From positions 5,623 through 69,622 of the forward strand of contig MHCP01000030.1 of assembly GCA_001816655.1 (NCBI GenBank): a stretch of DNA of 64,000 bases. The letters run 5' to 3'. This DNA is from Candidatus Woykebacteria bacterium RBG_13_40_15 (GTDB lineage Bacteria; Patescibacteriota; Microgenomatia; Woykebacterales; RBG-16-39-9b). A model generated the notes under the pieces. It did no database searches. It was given only the letters and a program-made list of their open reading frames with translations, and had not been told where the DNA came from. Position 1 is the first letter of the stretch, and the number at the start of each line of letters is the position of its first letter. A program made the position numbers and the translations under genes. This document shows, in pieces, positions 29,043-38,685 of the stretch.

Positions 29043-29093
29043 TAGTATTTCAAGAATTTTTGTTTAATCAACGCACTACAGTATAAAGGTTAG
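29043..29093 (+). repeat. Degenerate secA-tail copy 5
   Basis: TAGTATTTC, then KNFCLINALQYKG*; 30/42 nt identical to copy 4. Confidence 0.75.
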
Positions 29094-29176
29094 CAATTTC
29101 TAATTTCTCATAAAGCACCCTTATACAATAAAGCAGTTGACTAGCAGGCTGTTTCAATCGATAATATGTGCTGATT

Positions 29177-30388
29177 ATGATTTCAATTGTCATTCCCACG
29201 TACAACGAGGAAAAAAGAATTAGTTCTTCTCTAGAGAAAGTAGTTTCATTCTTGAAAAACAGAGTCGAGGAATTCGAAATTATTGTGTCTGATGAAGGAA
29301 GCAGCGATAAGACAGGGGAAAAAGTCGAGGACTTTAAGGGAAGAATCAAAAACTTAAAGCTAATCAAAAGCGAGAGAAAGTCTTGGGCAAGAAAAGGGTT
29401 AGCCGTAAACAAAGGTGTTCTCGCGGCTAGTGGAGATATAATAGTTTTTACAGATGCCGATTTCTCAACACCAATCGAAGAAATCGACAAACTGTTATCC
29501 AAGTTAAATGCTGGGTACGATATTGCTATTGGCTCCCGCGCCCTGGATCGCTCAACTGTGAAAAGGCACCAAAATATTTTCCGCGAAACCATGGGAAGAA
29601 TTTTCAATATTCTAGTAAGAATTTTGACTGTAAGAGGTATTGTTGACACACAGTGCGGTTTCAAAGCCTTCAAACGATCCGCTGCGCGCGATCTTTTTGA
29701 ATCACAGCGAATTTTTGATTTTGGGTTTGATGTAGAGATACTTTTTCTCGCTCAACAAAGAAATTTAAAAATTGCTGAAGTACCAGTCCTTTGGTACAAC
29801 GATCCGACAAGTACTGTAAGTCCATTCAAGGACTCCCTAAATGCGTTTTTAGATCTAATCAAGATACGTTTATTTCACTCTAAGAAAAGTGGTTCTCTAT
29901 TGGATAAATTCTTCTACGCAATATTCAAATATCGAACCTTTTGGCGCTTTTCTATCGTTGGGTTGTCAAACACAGTGGTCGATTACGGGTTGTTCTTCGT
30001 CTTAACAAGTATCGTTTTCCTACCTCCTCTTGTTTCCAACCCAATTTCAGTTGAAACCGCGATTGTCTGGAGTTTTGTTTGGAATAATCTCTGGACTTTT
30101 TCAAAAAGACAAACCGAAAAGACTCTTATAAACCGCTTTTTCATATTCCAATTTGTTTCTCTCGGGGCTTTAATTCTTTCCCAAATTGGCCTTCTTATTC
30201 TAAATCAATTTTTTGGTGTTTATGCCCTCCTTGCAAAAGCAATAACAATACCAATTGTTTTGATATTTAACTATTTGCTAAACAGCCGCTGGACCTTCCG
30301 TGAAACAAGTACTGGGAAAGCAAATTGGTATATGTATGCGGCCTTCATTATTCTTCTATCAATTATCTATCTAGTTCTAGCTTTGTAA
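29177..30388 (+). CDS. Dolichyl-phosphate glucosyltransferase-like GT2 fused to a GtrA domain
   Basis: IPTYNEE, FTDADFS, DTQCGFK, FDVE; C-terminal RFSIVG...NNLWTF...NSRWTF GtrA motifs. Confidence 0.9.
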   Translation: MISIVIPTYNEEKRISSSLEKVVSFLKNRVEEFEIIVSDEGSSDKTGEKVEDFKGRIKNLKLIKSERKSWARKGLAVNKGVLAASGDIIVFTDADFSTPIEEIDKLLSKLNAGYDIAIGSRALDRSTVKRHQNIFRETMGRIFNILVRILTVRGIVDTQCGFKAFKRSAARDLFESQRIFDFGFDVEILFLAQQRNLKIAEVPVLWYNDPTSTVSPFKDSLNAFLDLIKIRLFHSKKSGSLLDKFFYAIFKYRTFWRFSIVGLSNTVVDYGLFFVLTSIVFLPPLVSNPISVETAIVWSFVWNNLWTFSKRQTEKTLINRFFIFQFVSLGALILSQIGLLILNQFFGVYALLAKAITIPIVLIFNYLLNSRWTFRETSTGKANWYMYAAFIILLSIIYLVLAL

Positions 30389-30562
30389 ATCAGTAGTAAT
30401 TGCTATCAGCCGATCGCTTTACACAAGTTATACAAGCTATATCAATAAAAATTACAAATAGTTTTCACTATTGACTAATCATATAAAAAACCGATAATAT
30501 TGTTGTAGTAAACTTCTGCCCATATCCCCCGACAAATCGGGGTGAAAGGGGGTGAAACACAC

Positions 30563-30949
30563 ATGGACCAACGCGCAATTCGCGCTGGTGTGGGCTCTTC
30601 GATTGTAGCTCTTCTTGTTGGAGCTACTCTAGGTACTTATGGTGGTTGGGCACCTGTATTCGACTTAGCATCAACTTCCCTCGGTTCTTGGCTGGTAGCA
30701 ATTGTTCTCGGTACAGTTTTGGCTTATATCTACGGCTACTGGTTCAACGCTTTTCTTCCTGGCACTACTGTAACTCGAGGTATAATTTTTGGGGTTTTAG
30801 CCTGGATTCTGATGCTAATCTTAGGCGGGGTCTCTGGTTTCTTCAAAGAAGCTACTTATCCAAACCCGGCCGGCCCAACAATATTCCTCACCCTATTACT
30901 CCATGTAGTTTGGGGCTCGATCTTGGGAATATTGTACGAAACTAGATAG
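30563..30949 (+). CDS. Hypothetical 4-TM membrane protein
   Basis: Hydrophobic ORF ending HVVWG; strong SD AAGGGGGTGA before the ATG near 30563. Confidence 0.65.
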   Translation: MDQRAIRAGVGSSIVALLVGATLGTYGGWAPVFDLASTSLGSWLVAIVLGTVLAYIYGYWFNAFLPGTTVTRGIIFGVLAWILMLILGGVSGFFKEATYPNPAGPTIFLTLLLHVVWGSILGILYETR

Positions 30950-31077
30950 AAACGAAAAAGAAGCTTTTATAATCTTGTTTGAAAATGAAAGTGCCCACGA
31001 GACTTTTGTGGGCACTTTTAGTTGTCGGAAAAACCTCGAGAGAATTTGGAAGCTGTTTGATGCTATAATTTAGGACT

Positions 31078-32154
31078 ATGCAACCTTTGATCAATAAACT
31101 AAATACTTTACAAAAAAACCTCTCTAGTTTTGAGGAGAAATTAAATATAAGAGAGAAGAACTTGCAGTTAAACAAACTCTTGGCGGAAAGCGCAAAAAGC
31201 AATTTCTGGAAAGATATAGCAGAGGCAAACTCGGTTATGGAAAGGGTTTCTTTTTTGAAAAAAGAACTCGAGGAGGTTACAAGCCTAAAGAGCCGTATCT
31301 CAAACGCAATTGATCTGGCAAATCTTGGTTCCGGGAGTAATTTAGAAAACGATTTGGAGAAAGAGGCAGCGTATATTGAAGACGAATTCAAGAAAATTGA
31401 ATTTCATCTTTTTTTATCTGGAAAGTACGATGCAGGATCTGCAATTTTGGCGGTTCACTCAGGTCAAGGTGGTGTGGAAGCAATGGATTGGGCACAAATG
31501 TTACTTCGAATGTACCTGAGATTTTTTGAAAGACGTGGATGGAAAGCTAGTTTACTTTCTGAAACCAGAGGTGAAGAAGCAGGAATAAAGAGTGCTGCTG
31601 TTGAAGTTTCTGGCTACTACGCTTATGGGTTTTTGAAAAATGAAGCAGGAACTCACCGATTGGTAAGACAATCCCCTTTTAACGCCGATCGCTTAAGGCA
31701 GACTTCCTTTGCCTTAGTTGAAATACTACCAGTAATTGAAGGTATCAAAGAGGTAACAATCTCTCCTGATGATCTGGAAATCGAAACCTTTCGCTCTAGC
31801 GGGCCGGGCGGCCAAAACGTCCAAAAGGTAGAAACCGCCGTGCGAATCCGTCACATTCCAACCGGTATTGTTGTCTCAACTCAATCTGAACGATCGCAAG
31901 CACAAAATAAAGAAAATGCTCTCAAGCTACTCCGATCAAAAGTTTTTGCACTGAAGGAAGAGGAAAAGAAAACAGAGAAAAAGAAGTTAAAAGGAGGGTT
32001 TAAGATAGCCTCCTGGGGAAACCAAATAAGAAGCTACGTCCTCCACCCTTACAAAATGGTAAAGGATTTACGCACAAAAATAGAAAGCAGGGACCCATTC
32101 GCCGTACTTGATGGAGATTTAGACAAATTTATCGAAGCCGAAATCAAGCTCTAA
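31078..32154 (+). CDS. prfB: Peptide chain release factor 2
   Basis: SPF recognition motif, GPGGQ, WGNQIRSYV. Confidence 0.97.
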   Translation: MQPLINKLNTLQKNLSSFEEKLNIREKNLQLNKLLAESAKSNFWKDIAEANSVMERVSFLKKELEEVTSLKSRISNAIDLANLGSGSNLENDLEKEAAYIEDEFKKIEFHLFLSGKYDAGSAILAVHSGQGGVEAMDWAQMLLRMYLRFFERRGWKASLLSETRGEEAGIKSAAVEVSGYYAYGFLKNEAGTHRLVRQSPFNADRLRQTSFALVEILPVIEGIKEVTISPDDLEIETFRSSGPGGQNVQKVETAVRIRHIPTGIVVSTQSERSQAQNKENALKLLRSKVFALKEEEKKTEKKKLKGGFKIASWGNQIRSYVLHPYKMVKDLRTKIESRDPFAVLDGDLDKFIEAEIKL

Positions 32155-32228
32155 ATTAGTGACATGCAACAGGTAACAAGTTGGCAAAGTACAATTGAAA
32201 TCTGAAATCTTTTTACTTTTGACTTTCA

Positions 32229-33380
32229 CTATTGGATGTGCCCGTATACTGTTCTCCAACCATTGTAATGTTCTATGGTGATCCATTTCCCTGGAACGCT
32301 ACCAGTAATTCCAGGAACACCAGGGCAACCATTATCAGTGTTTAAGTAAGCTACTCCATCAGCCGCTGCCAAAATTGGGGCTCCATAATAACTGTACATA
32401 TCGATACCGTTGTGGGGAGGAATAAAGGGAGACCACTGCTGACCATAATACTGGCTAATTGTGTACCCAGTCATTGGCCAACTAATACTTCCCGAATTTA
32501 AATAAGGCAGTGGATTAACGTGGCTGTTTGGGGACGCTGATAAGTATAGACCAAAATGTAAATGGCTTCCAGTTGAACAGCCAGTGTTTCCTTGAGAAGC
32601 GATGTACTCCCCCCTTCTTACAGGCCCTAGCCGAACACCGCCCCCACCCAAAAGTCTTGCAATTGTCGCAATTTCATTTTGTACCTGGGCCAACATTCCT
32701 TGATAAACACGCTCATCATTCTTTGTAGCACTTAAAAGATAGTTTTTAGAACTTTCTTCTGATGATAAGTTTGCTTTTTCAGTTTCTAGATTCGCCTTGA
32801 GGCTTTCTTCTTTGGCTTTTTTATCTTCAAGTTCATTTTTTTGTTGGCTGTAATCGTTCTTCAAACTATCTAGTTGATGCAAAAGCTCAAGATCAGAATT
32901 TCTAATCGCCTCTAGGTATTTTTTCTTGGTTAGAAAATCGTTAAAGCTTGAAGACCCTAAAAATCTGTTTAGAGACCCCGAAAAGCTTTCCATGTAAAGC
33001 TGTCGTAGCCGTGTATTTGCAACCTCTGTTGAAAAATCTAGATTGTTTTTTGTCTCTTCAAGTTTCCCTGAAACAGTACCGATATCTCCAACGAGTTGTT
33101 CGAGCCGGTTTTCAGTTTCTTCAATTTTCAATTTCGTAAGTTCGATTTGATTTTCCAAATAAGAGATTTCGGAAGCAAGGGTTTTCTCTTTTGCTTGTGC
33201 GTCAGAAAGTTTCCGTCGCAACTCTTCTTGTTTACGTAAATTTTCATTCAATTGATCAATCAAAGACCCGTGGGGTAATTCGCTCCCCGACGAGGAAACA
33301 CTAACGCTGTAGGCAAACGCGTTTGGAGACAGAATTGTTATTAAAGTTAGAAGGATTACAAAAATGTAGCGCTTTAACAT
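32229..33380 (-). CDS. Coiled-coil + M23 peptidase (EnvC/PcsB-like) partner of FtsEX
   Basis: Signal peptide, long coiled coil, GNTGCSTGSHLHF and HNGID motifs. Confidence 0.85.
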   Translation of the reverse strand: MLKRYIFVILLTLITILSPNAFAYSVSVSSSGSELPHGSLIDQLNENLRKQEELRRKLSDAQAKEKTLASEISYLENQIELTKLKIEETENRLEQLVGDIGTVSGKLEETKNNLDFSTEVANTRLRQLYMESFSGSLNRFLGSSSFNDFLTKKKYLEAIRNSDLELLHQLDSLKNDYSQQKNELEDKKAKEESLKANLETEKANLSSEESSKNYLLSATKNDERVYQGMLAQVQNEIATIARLLGGGGVRLGPVRRGEYIASQGNTGCSTGSHLHFGLYLSASPNSHVNPLPYLNSGSISWPMTGYTISQYYGQQWSPFIPPHNGIDMYSYYGAPILAAADGVAYLNTDNGCPGVPGITGSVPGKWITIEHYNGWRTVYGHIQ

Positions 33381-33385
33381 ATTTA

Positions 33386-34267
33386 TTAGGAAGACAGATA
33401 TTTTCTAGTCGCCACAAACGAACCAATTATCCCAATTGTAGCTCCAATCAAAAATTCCCCAAGTAGAAGATATATAAAAATTAGAGGAGCGCTTGGCAAA
33501 ATATCGATCCCTGCGAAAGTTCTATGCAGAGTAGGTGAGGCCCAAAGGAAAAATGAAAATAAGAGCATAGCAGCAACTAACCCACTAAAAACTCCGTAAA
33601 AGACCCCTTCCAAGATAAATGGCGTACGGATGTACCAACTAGTCGCTCCAACAAGTCTCATAATCTCAATCTCATCTTTATGAATAGAGATATTTAGACC
33701 AATTACAATTAGGGTGATAAGAAACGAGGTTAAAAGCAAAAAGATCACTACCCCAATGCCTACAAGGCGAATTGTGTTGGACCATTTTGTAAGGGTGTTG
33801 ACTATGTCTTTTTCGAAAACTACCTCTTCCACTGACGACTCTTTTTTAAGAACTTCCGCAACTTTTGAAAGATCTGCTAGTTTATATGTCGAAACTTCAA
33901 TACTCGCCGGTAAAATATCACTTGTAACAAACTGGGTGAGAAGGGGTTCATTTTTGTTCCTCTCTTTATAAATCCTCAAAGCCTCCTCTTTAGAAACATA
34001 TTTAGTTTTGGAAACTACTCCGCTGTCGGAAAGTGTCTGTTGAATCTTTTTCACTTGGTCGCCGGTAGTATTATCTTTCAAAAAGGCTGTTACTTCGGGT
34101 CGCGATTCAAAATAGTGAAGGAGTGCCCCTGAGGCTACAGTTACCAAGACAAATGCACCACAAATAAAGAAAGCTGAAAACATCACAAGGACTGCTGCTA
34201 ACGCATTAGAAGGGTTTCGAAAAATTCTCTGTATTGCAACTTTTATTAATCGAGGAAACTTTATCAT
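33386..34267 (-). CDS. ftsX: Cell division permease FtsX
   Basis: YVSKEEAL, EIEIMRLVGAT..IRTPF.LEG. Confidence 0.93.
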   Translation of the reverse strand: MIKFPRLIKVAIQRIFRNPSNALAAVLVMFSAFFICGAFVLVTVASGALLHYFESRPEVTAFLKDNTTGDQVKKIQQTLSDSGVVSKTKYVSKEEALRIYKERNKNEPLLTQFVTSDILPASIEVSTYKLADLSKVAEVLKKESSVEEVVFEKDIVNTLTKWSNTIRLVGIGVVIFLLLTSFLITLIVIGLNISIHKDEIEIMRLVGATSWYIRTPFILEGVFYGVFSGLVAAMLLFSFFLWASPTLHRTFAGIDILPSAPLIFIYLLLGEFLIGATIGIIGSFVATRKYLSS

Positions 34268-34962
34268 TTTTCCTTTTCTTTCTTTGAGGCTCCTTTAGTT
34301 TTTTGTTTTGTGTCTCTTACTAATCTACCTCTCTGTAGCTCTAATTTTCGGTGAGGCAAACTAGAAGAAATATCAACGTTGTGAGTTGCCATAACTACTG
34401 TTGTTCCTAAACTATTAAGTTTAGCTAATAGTTGCATCACTTCCCATGCGCTACCTGAATCAAGATTGCCGGTTGGTTCATCGGCCAAAATTATCTCGGG
34501 GCGGAGAACCATTGCCCTAGCAATCGCTGTACGTTGCAGCTCACCACCGGAAAGCTGATCTGGGAAATTTGCTGCTTTTGAATTTAAATCAACTAATCTC
34601 AATATCTCATCTGTTGTTTTTTCTATCTCATCGTCTGGTAATCCTAAAATTTCCAAGGGAAATGAGACATTTTCGAATACTGTTCTCTGGGGAAGAAGTT
34701 TGAAATCTTGAAATATTGTACCTACTTTTCGGCGCAAATGAGGAACACCAGAGGAGGGGATTTTTGACACTTCTTCACCGTCTACAAAAAGCGAACCTTC
34801 AGTCGGTAGCTCTTCCCGAATAATCAATTTAAGAAGTGTGGATTTACCAGCCCCTGAAGGGCCAACTAGAAAAACGAACTCCCCTCCTTCAATATCAAGA
34901 GAAAAATCGGCTAAAGCTTTGACACCATCATATTGTTTTGAAACTTCGTTAAAGACAATCAT
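34264..34962 (-). CDS. ftsE: Cell division ATP-binding protein FtsE
   Basis: [30 protein letters not shown]; adjacent to ftsX. Confidence 0.94.
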   Translation of the reverse strand: MIVFNEVSKQYDGVKALADFSLDIEGGEFVFLVGPSGAGKSTLLKLIIREELPTEGSLFVDGEEVSKIPSSGVPHLRRKVGTIFQDFKLLPQRTVFENVSFPLEILGLPDDEIEKTTDEILRLVDLNSKAANFPDQLSGGELQRTAIARAMVLRPEIILADEPTGNLDSGSAWEVMQLLAKLNSLGTTVVMATHNVDISSSLPHRKLELQRGRLVRDTKQKTKGASKKEKEK

Positions 34963-35087
34963 CGGGCAAGACCCTCAAAAGACCTATCTGTAGGTTTAAG
35001 GATATCAAATAACAGGCTAAAAAGCAACCTTATAGAACTAAAAAATCACTTGACTTGCCCCTTTTTTAATAATATCCTTTTCGCTAA

Positions 35088-36200
35088 ATGCCTGCTTTGC
35101 TTGCCCTAATACTACTTTTAATAATTCCTAAGCCTACTTATGCTTCCAGCTCGGATATAGTTTTTAACGAGATCTTTCCACATCCCGAAACTGGTTCTAA
35201 AGAATGGATCGAGCTCTATAATAATTCTTCGCTAGAAGTCAATTTAAGCAGCTGGAAAATATTCGATAATACAATGAATGCTGAAAAAAGCAATCCTATA
35301 ATTAAACTTGCTGACGAAACTAAAATAGGTGCGAAGAGTTTCTTAATACTGGAGCTTTCAGCAGCGAAACTTAATAACGATGGTGATAATTTAACATTAA
35401 TTACCAATAATGATAGCTTTGTCAGCAGTTGTGAATACACTGGTTCTGAGTTAGATAAATCTCACGCCCTAATACCGGACGGGATAGGAATTTTGCTACC
35501 TGGTAAAACTCCAACGAAAGGGTATTCAAATGGAGCTAACAATCCTGCCCCACCTACAATACCAAAAACCGGAAACATTATCTTGAGTGAATTTATGCCT
35601 TATCCGGCTGATAATGATGAGTGGGTAGAAATTTATAACTTGGAATTTTTTGACATTGATATCGGCGGCTGGAAAATAGATGATATTGAAGGGGGCTCTT
35701 CTCCATTTCCTATACCAGAAGGAACGATCATTGGGGCAAAAAGCTACAGGGTTTTTTCTTTTTCTTCCAAACTAAACAACGCCGGCGACACAGTACGTTT
35801 GATAAATTCTACTGGGAAAGTCTTGGAGACTTACACTTACGAAAAGGCGGTTGAGGAAGTCTCTTTTGCGAAAGACTCTAGTGGTAGCTGGCAATTAACT
35901 ACCACACCAACTCCACTATCAGGAAACAGAATAACTCAATTAAACCCAACTAATGAATCGGATGAAGGTACGAAAAACAAGAAAAAAACAACCTCCAAAA
36001 CAGAAGGAAAAAGCAAACAATCTACCTTAAGTAGTTTAAAAAATAATTCTAATGATAGCGGAAACATAGCCGGTGCAACCAATACGAAGCAATCTAATCA
36101 CAAACTATCAACGTTGATAACCGCAGTTGGTTTCTCCTTGTTAATATCATCTGCCGCTTATCCTTTTGTTAAAAAGCAATTTTTGAACGAACATCACTAA
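35088..36200 (+). CDS. Secreted/anchored protein with two lamin-tail domains
   Basis: IVFNEIFP..EWIELYN and ILSEFMP..EWVEIYN; LNNxGD; C-terminal TM helix. Confidence 0.85.
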   Translation: MPALLALILLLIIPKPTYASSSDIVFNEIFPHPETGSKEWIELYNNSSLEVNLSSWKIFDNTMNAEKSNPIIKLADETKIGAKSFLILELSAAKLNNDGDNLTLITNNDSFVSSCEYTGSELDKSHALIPDGIGILLPGKTPTKGYSNGANNPAPPTIPKTGNIILSEFMPYPADNDEWVEIYNLEFFDIDIGGWKIDDIEGGSSPFPIPEGTIIGAKSYRVFSFSSKLNNAGDTVRLINSTGKVLETYTYEKAVEEVSFAKDSSGSWQLTTTPTPLSGNRITQLNPTNESDEGTKNKKKTTSKTEGKSKQSTLSSLKNNSNDSGNIAGATNTKQSNHKLSTLITAVGFSLLISSAAYPFVKKQFLNEHH

Positions 36201-36226
36201 AAGCTACTTTCTGTTAAAATCTTAAT

Positions 36227-36667
36227 GTGGAAATAATTACAAACTCTGCTGAAGAAACAAGAAGTTTTGCAAAAAAAATATCTAAAAACTTGAAGCCAGG
36301 GAATATCTTATCTCTATACGGATCTCTCGGTGCTGGCAAAACCACCTTTATACAAGGCTTGGCACAAGGTCTAGGTTTCAGGCAGAGAGTCTTTTCGCCT
36401 ACTTTTGTAATTGCTCGCCCATACAAAATTGAACAAGGTAACATAAAAACCTTATATCATATAGATCTCTACCGCCTGGAAGGGGTAGGAGACATTGAAA
36501 ATACCGGAATAGAAGAGCTTTTGCTGGATAAAGAAGCCGTATCTACCATTGAGTGGCCTGAAAAAATCGAAAAATGGCTGCCGAAGAAGGCTATAAAGGT
36601 ACGATTGGAAACTCTTGGTAAAGAAAAGAGAAAAATTACCGTAGATCTACCAAACTCGCGGCTCTAA
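36227..36667 (+). CDS. tsaE: t6A biosynthesis ATPase TsaE
   Basis: GSLGAGKTTF, SPTF, HIDLYRL, IEW. Confidence 0.96.
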   Translation: MEIITNSAEETRSFAKKISKNLKPGNILSLYGSLGAGKTTFIQGLAQGLGFRQRVFSPTFVIARPYKIEQGNIKTLYHIDLYRLEGVGDIENTGIEELLLDKEAVSTIEWPEKIEKWLPKKAIKVRLETLGKEKRKITVDLPNSRL

Positions 36668-37781
36668 CTAAAAGAAAATCGCAAATTTGTAAAAGATAGT
36701 TTTTGCCCTCTTCTGCTAATTTTGAAGCTGTCATTACTCCTCTAGCTTGGTTTATCAGTTCTCTCGCTAGAGTATCTGAGTATTTCAAGGAACCAGTAGA
36801 TTTTATTATTTCTCGAACCTTTTCTATTTGCCCCTCACTTGCTTTTTTGTTGCCAACTACTTTATTTAAAACCGACTTTTCCAAAAGGTTGGTAAGTTCA
36901 TAAGCTTTTATTATTAAAAGGGTTTTCTTCCCTTCTTTAATATCTGAATCTACTGATTTACCAATTTCTTCTTCTTTTCCGAAAGTCCCAAGGATATCGT
37001 CCTGAATCTGAAAAGCTTGTCCAAGTGGCACCCCATAGGCAGAAAAAATCTGAAAATATTTCTCATCAGCCCCGGCCAGCGCAGCTCCAATGTGAAGTGG
37101 CCGCTCGATTGTATATTTGGCTGTTTTATATTCTAGAATTTTCAAGACATCTGCTTCGGAAATTTGTTTTTTAAATTGCGAAATAACATCCAGATGCTCA
37201 CCATAAGCAGTCTGTTGCTTCATTGCGTTGTAGTAAATTTTGGCGCGGCGAATTCTCTCGGCAGGGAAAGGAGCACTATCAAGCAACTCGTCCGCAAAAG
37301 AAAAGGCTAAATCTCCTGCTAGAATTGCCGCAGAGATACCAAATCTCTGAGAGTCGCCTGAAAAATTGCGGTTTTGGTGAAATTTATCAAAAGCAATGTG
37401 CGCTGTGGGTTGGCCGCGCCGCAAATTCGATTCATCAATAATATCGTCATGAATTATTGCAAAGGTGTGCCAGAGTTCTAAAGCAGCAGAAGCATATAAT
37501 ATCGCCTCGTGGGAACGCCCACCGCTAGCTACGTAAGCAGCGTAGGCAAACGCCGAACGTATTTTTTTACCTCCCGCTCCAACCATTCTTCTGATTTCTT
37601 CAACCAAAACAACGGCCTCCGGGTGAACTTCCGATGCTTCTCTTATCTTTTCGTCGAAATACTCTTCCAAAAAAGGTTCGATTTCTTTTTTAAACCAAGC
37701 GAGAAATTCACTTGCCTTCTTTCCGGAAGTTTCAAGTGATCTGTCGATATAAAGCTCGGGGTATAAAAAAGGTTCTACCAT
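36636..37781 (-). CDS. Polyprenyl (GGPP-type) synthetase
   Basis: GGKKIR, HDDIID..RRG, KTA, FQIQDD. Confidence 0.93.
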   Translation of the reverse strand: MVEPFLYPELYIDRSLETSGKKASEFLAWFKKEIEPFLEEYFDEKIREASEVHPEAVVLVEEIRRMVGAGGKKIRSAFAYAAYVASGGRSHEAILYASAALELWHTFAIIHDDIIDESNLRRGQPTAHIAFDKFHQNRNFSGDSQRFGISAAILAGDLAFSFADELLDSAPFPAERIRRAKIYYNAMKQQTAYGEHLDVISQFKKQISEADVLKILEYKTAKYTIERPLHIGAALAGADEKYFQIFSAYGVPLGQAFQIQDDILGTFGKEEEIGKSVDSDIKEGKKTLLIIKAYELTNLLEKSVLNKVVGNKKASEGQIEKVREIIKSTGSLKYSDTLARELINQARGVMTASKLAEEGKNYLLQICDFLLVRAASLVDLR

Positions 37782-37908
37782 AAGTACCAGCTATATTTAC
37801 ATAATAGTAAGCAGGCAAGTCTATCTGCTTATTTTAGCACAAATTTAATTTCAATAAAACGGATTTTAATCTTTACAAAGTTGATCGTTTTCTAAAAATG
37901 GTTTATTA

Positions 37909-38616
37909 TTGCCCTCTATGGAAGACCCAACAATCATTTCTCTTGGCGGCTCTTTAATCGTACCAAAAGAGTTTACCAACCCAACAACTGTGGATACCTC
38001 TTTTTTGAAAAATTTCAGACAAATAATTTTAGACTTTGCAGGCAAAGGAAAGTCTTTTTTTATCATAGCCGGCGGTGGTAAGACTTGCCGAAATTACCAG
38101 GAAGCAGCTAAGCAAATTGTAGAACTTTCAGTCACCGAACTTGATTGGCTCGGAATAGCCGCAACCCATCTCAATGGAAGCCTTTTGAAAACACTTTTCA
38201 AGGAAAACGTTTTTCCAAAAGTAATAACTTCTTATGACAAAAAGGAGGAGATTAAGGAATCTTTGGCGGTTGGTGCTGGTTGGGAACCAGGCCATTCAAC
38301 TGACTTTGATGCTTGTTTAGTAGCTGAAATATATAGTAGCCACACTGTAATAAATATGTCCGATGTTTCTTTTGTTTACGATAAAGATCCAAGATCTTCT
38401 CCAGACGCTAAACCGCAAAAAAATCTTAACTGGGACCAGTATCTTACAATTGTTGGAGAAACCTGGGTTGCTGGCAAAAATTTTCCCTTTGACCCTGTAG
38501 CAGCTAAAAAAGCAAGAGAACTTGGAATAAAAGTGGTAATAATAAAGGGTCAAGATTTGCAAAACTTCCAAAATTTCCTCGAAGGCAAAGATTTTGAAGG
38601 GACAACTATCACTTAA
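37909..38616 (+). CDS. pyrH: UMP kinase (archaeal-type)
   Basis: ISLGGS, GGG..R.Y, PGHSTD, VYDKDP, PFDP. Confidence 0.9.
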   Translation: MPSMEDPTIISLGGSLIVPKEFTNPTTVDTSFLKNFRQIILDFAGKGKSFFIIAGGGKTCRNYQEAAKQIVELSVTELDWLGIAATHLNGSLLKTLFKENVFPKVITSYDKKEEIKESLAVGAGWEPGHSTDFDACLVAEIYSSHTVINMSDVSFVYDKDPRSSPDAKPQKNLNWDQYLTIVGETWVAGKNFPFDPVAAKKARELGIKVVIIKGQDLQNFQNFLEGKDFEGTTIT

Positions 38617-38622
38617 AATGTA

Positions 38623-38648
38623 GAAGCGCCGCTGGTTTGCGACGCTTC
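38623..38648. terminator. Hairpin between convergent genes
   Basis: GAAGCGCCGC-tggttt-GCGACGCTTC. Confidence 0.5.
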
Positions 38649-38685
38649 AAGCTCTTAAATGCTAACTAATACTGCCTCCTTTGCC

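Larger units (their letters stand above)
22535..29093. mobile_element. Array of four cargo cassettes separated by secA-tail repeats
   Basis: Four further secA-tail copies (24268, 25117, 26010, 29052), each directly after a self-contained cargo unit; mobility is inferred. Confidence 0.75.

Noticed and set aside
22535-29093. Classical integron or prophage
   Set aside because: No intI or integrase, no recognisable attC structure, no phage genes; cargos occur in both orientations and at least some have their own promoter signals.
29068-29673. 201-aa antisense ORF and similar overlapping ORFs throughout the track
   Set aside because: Opposite-strand or alternate-frame shadows of well-supported genes.
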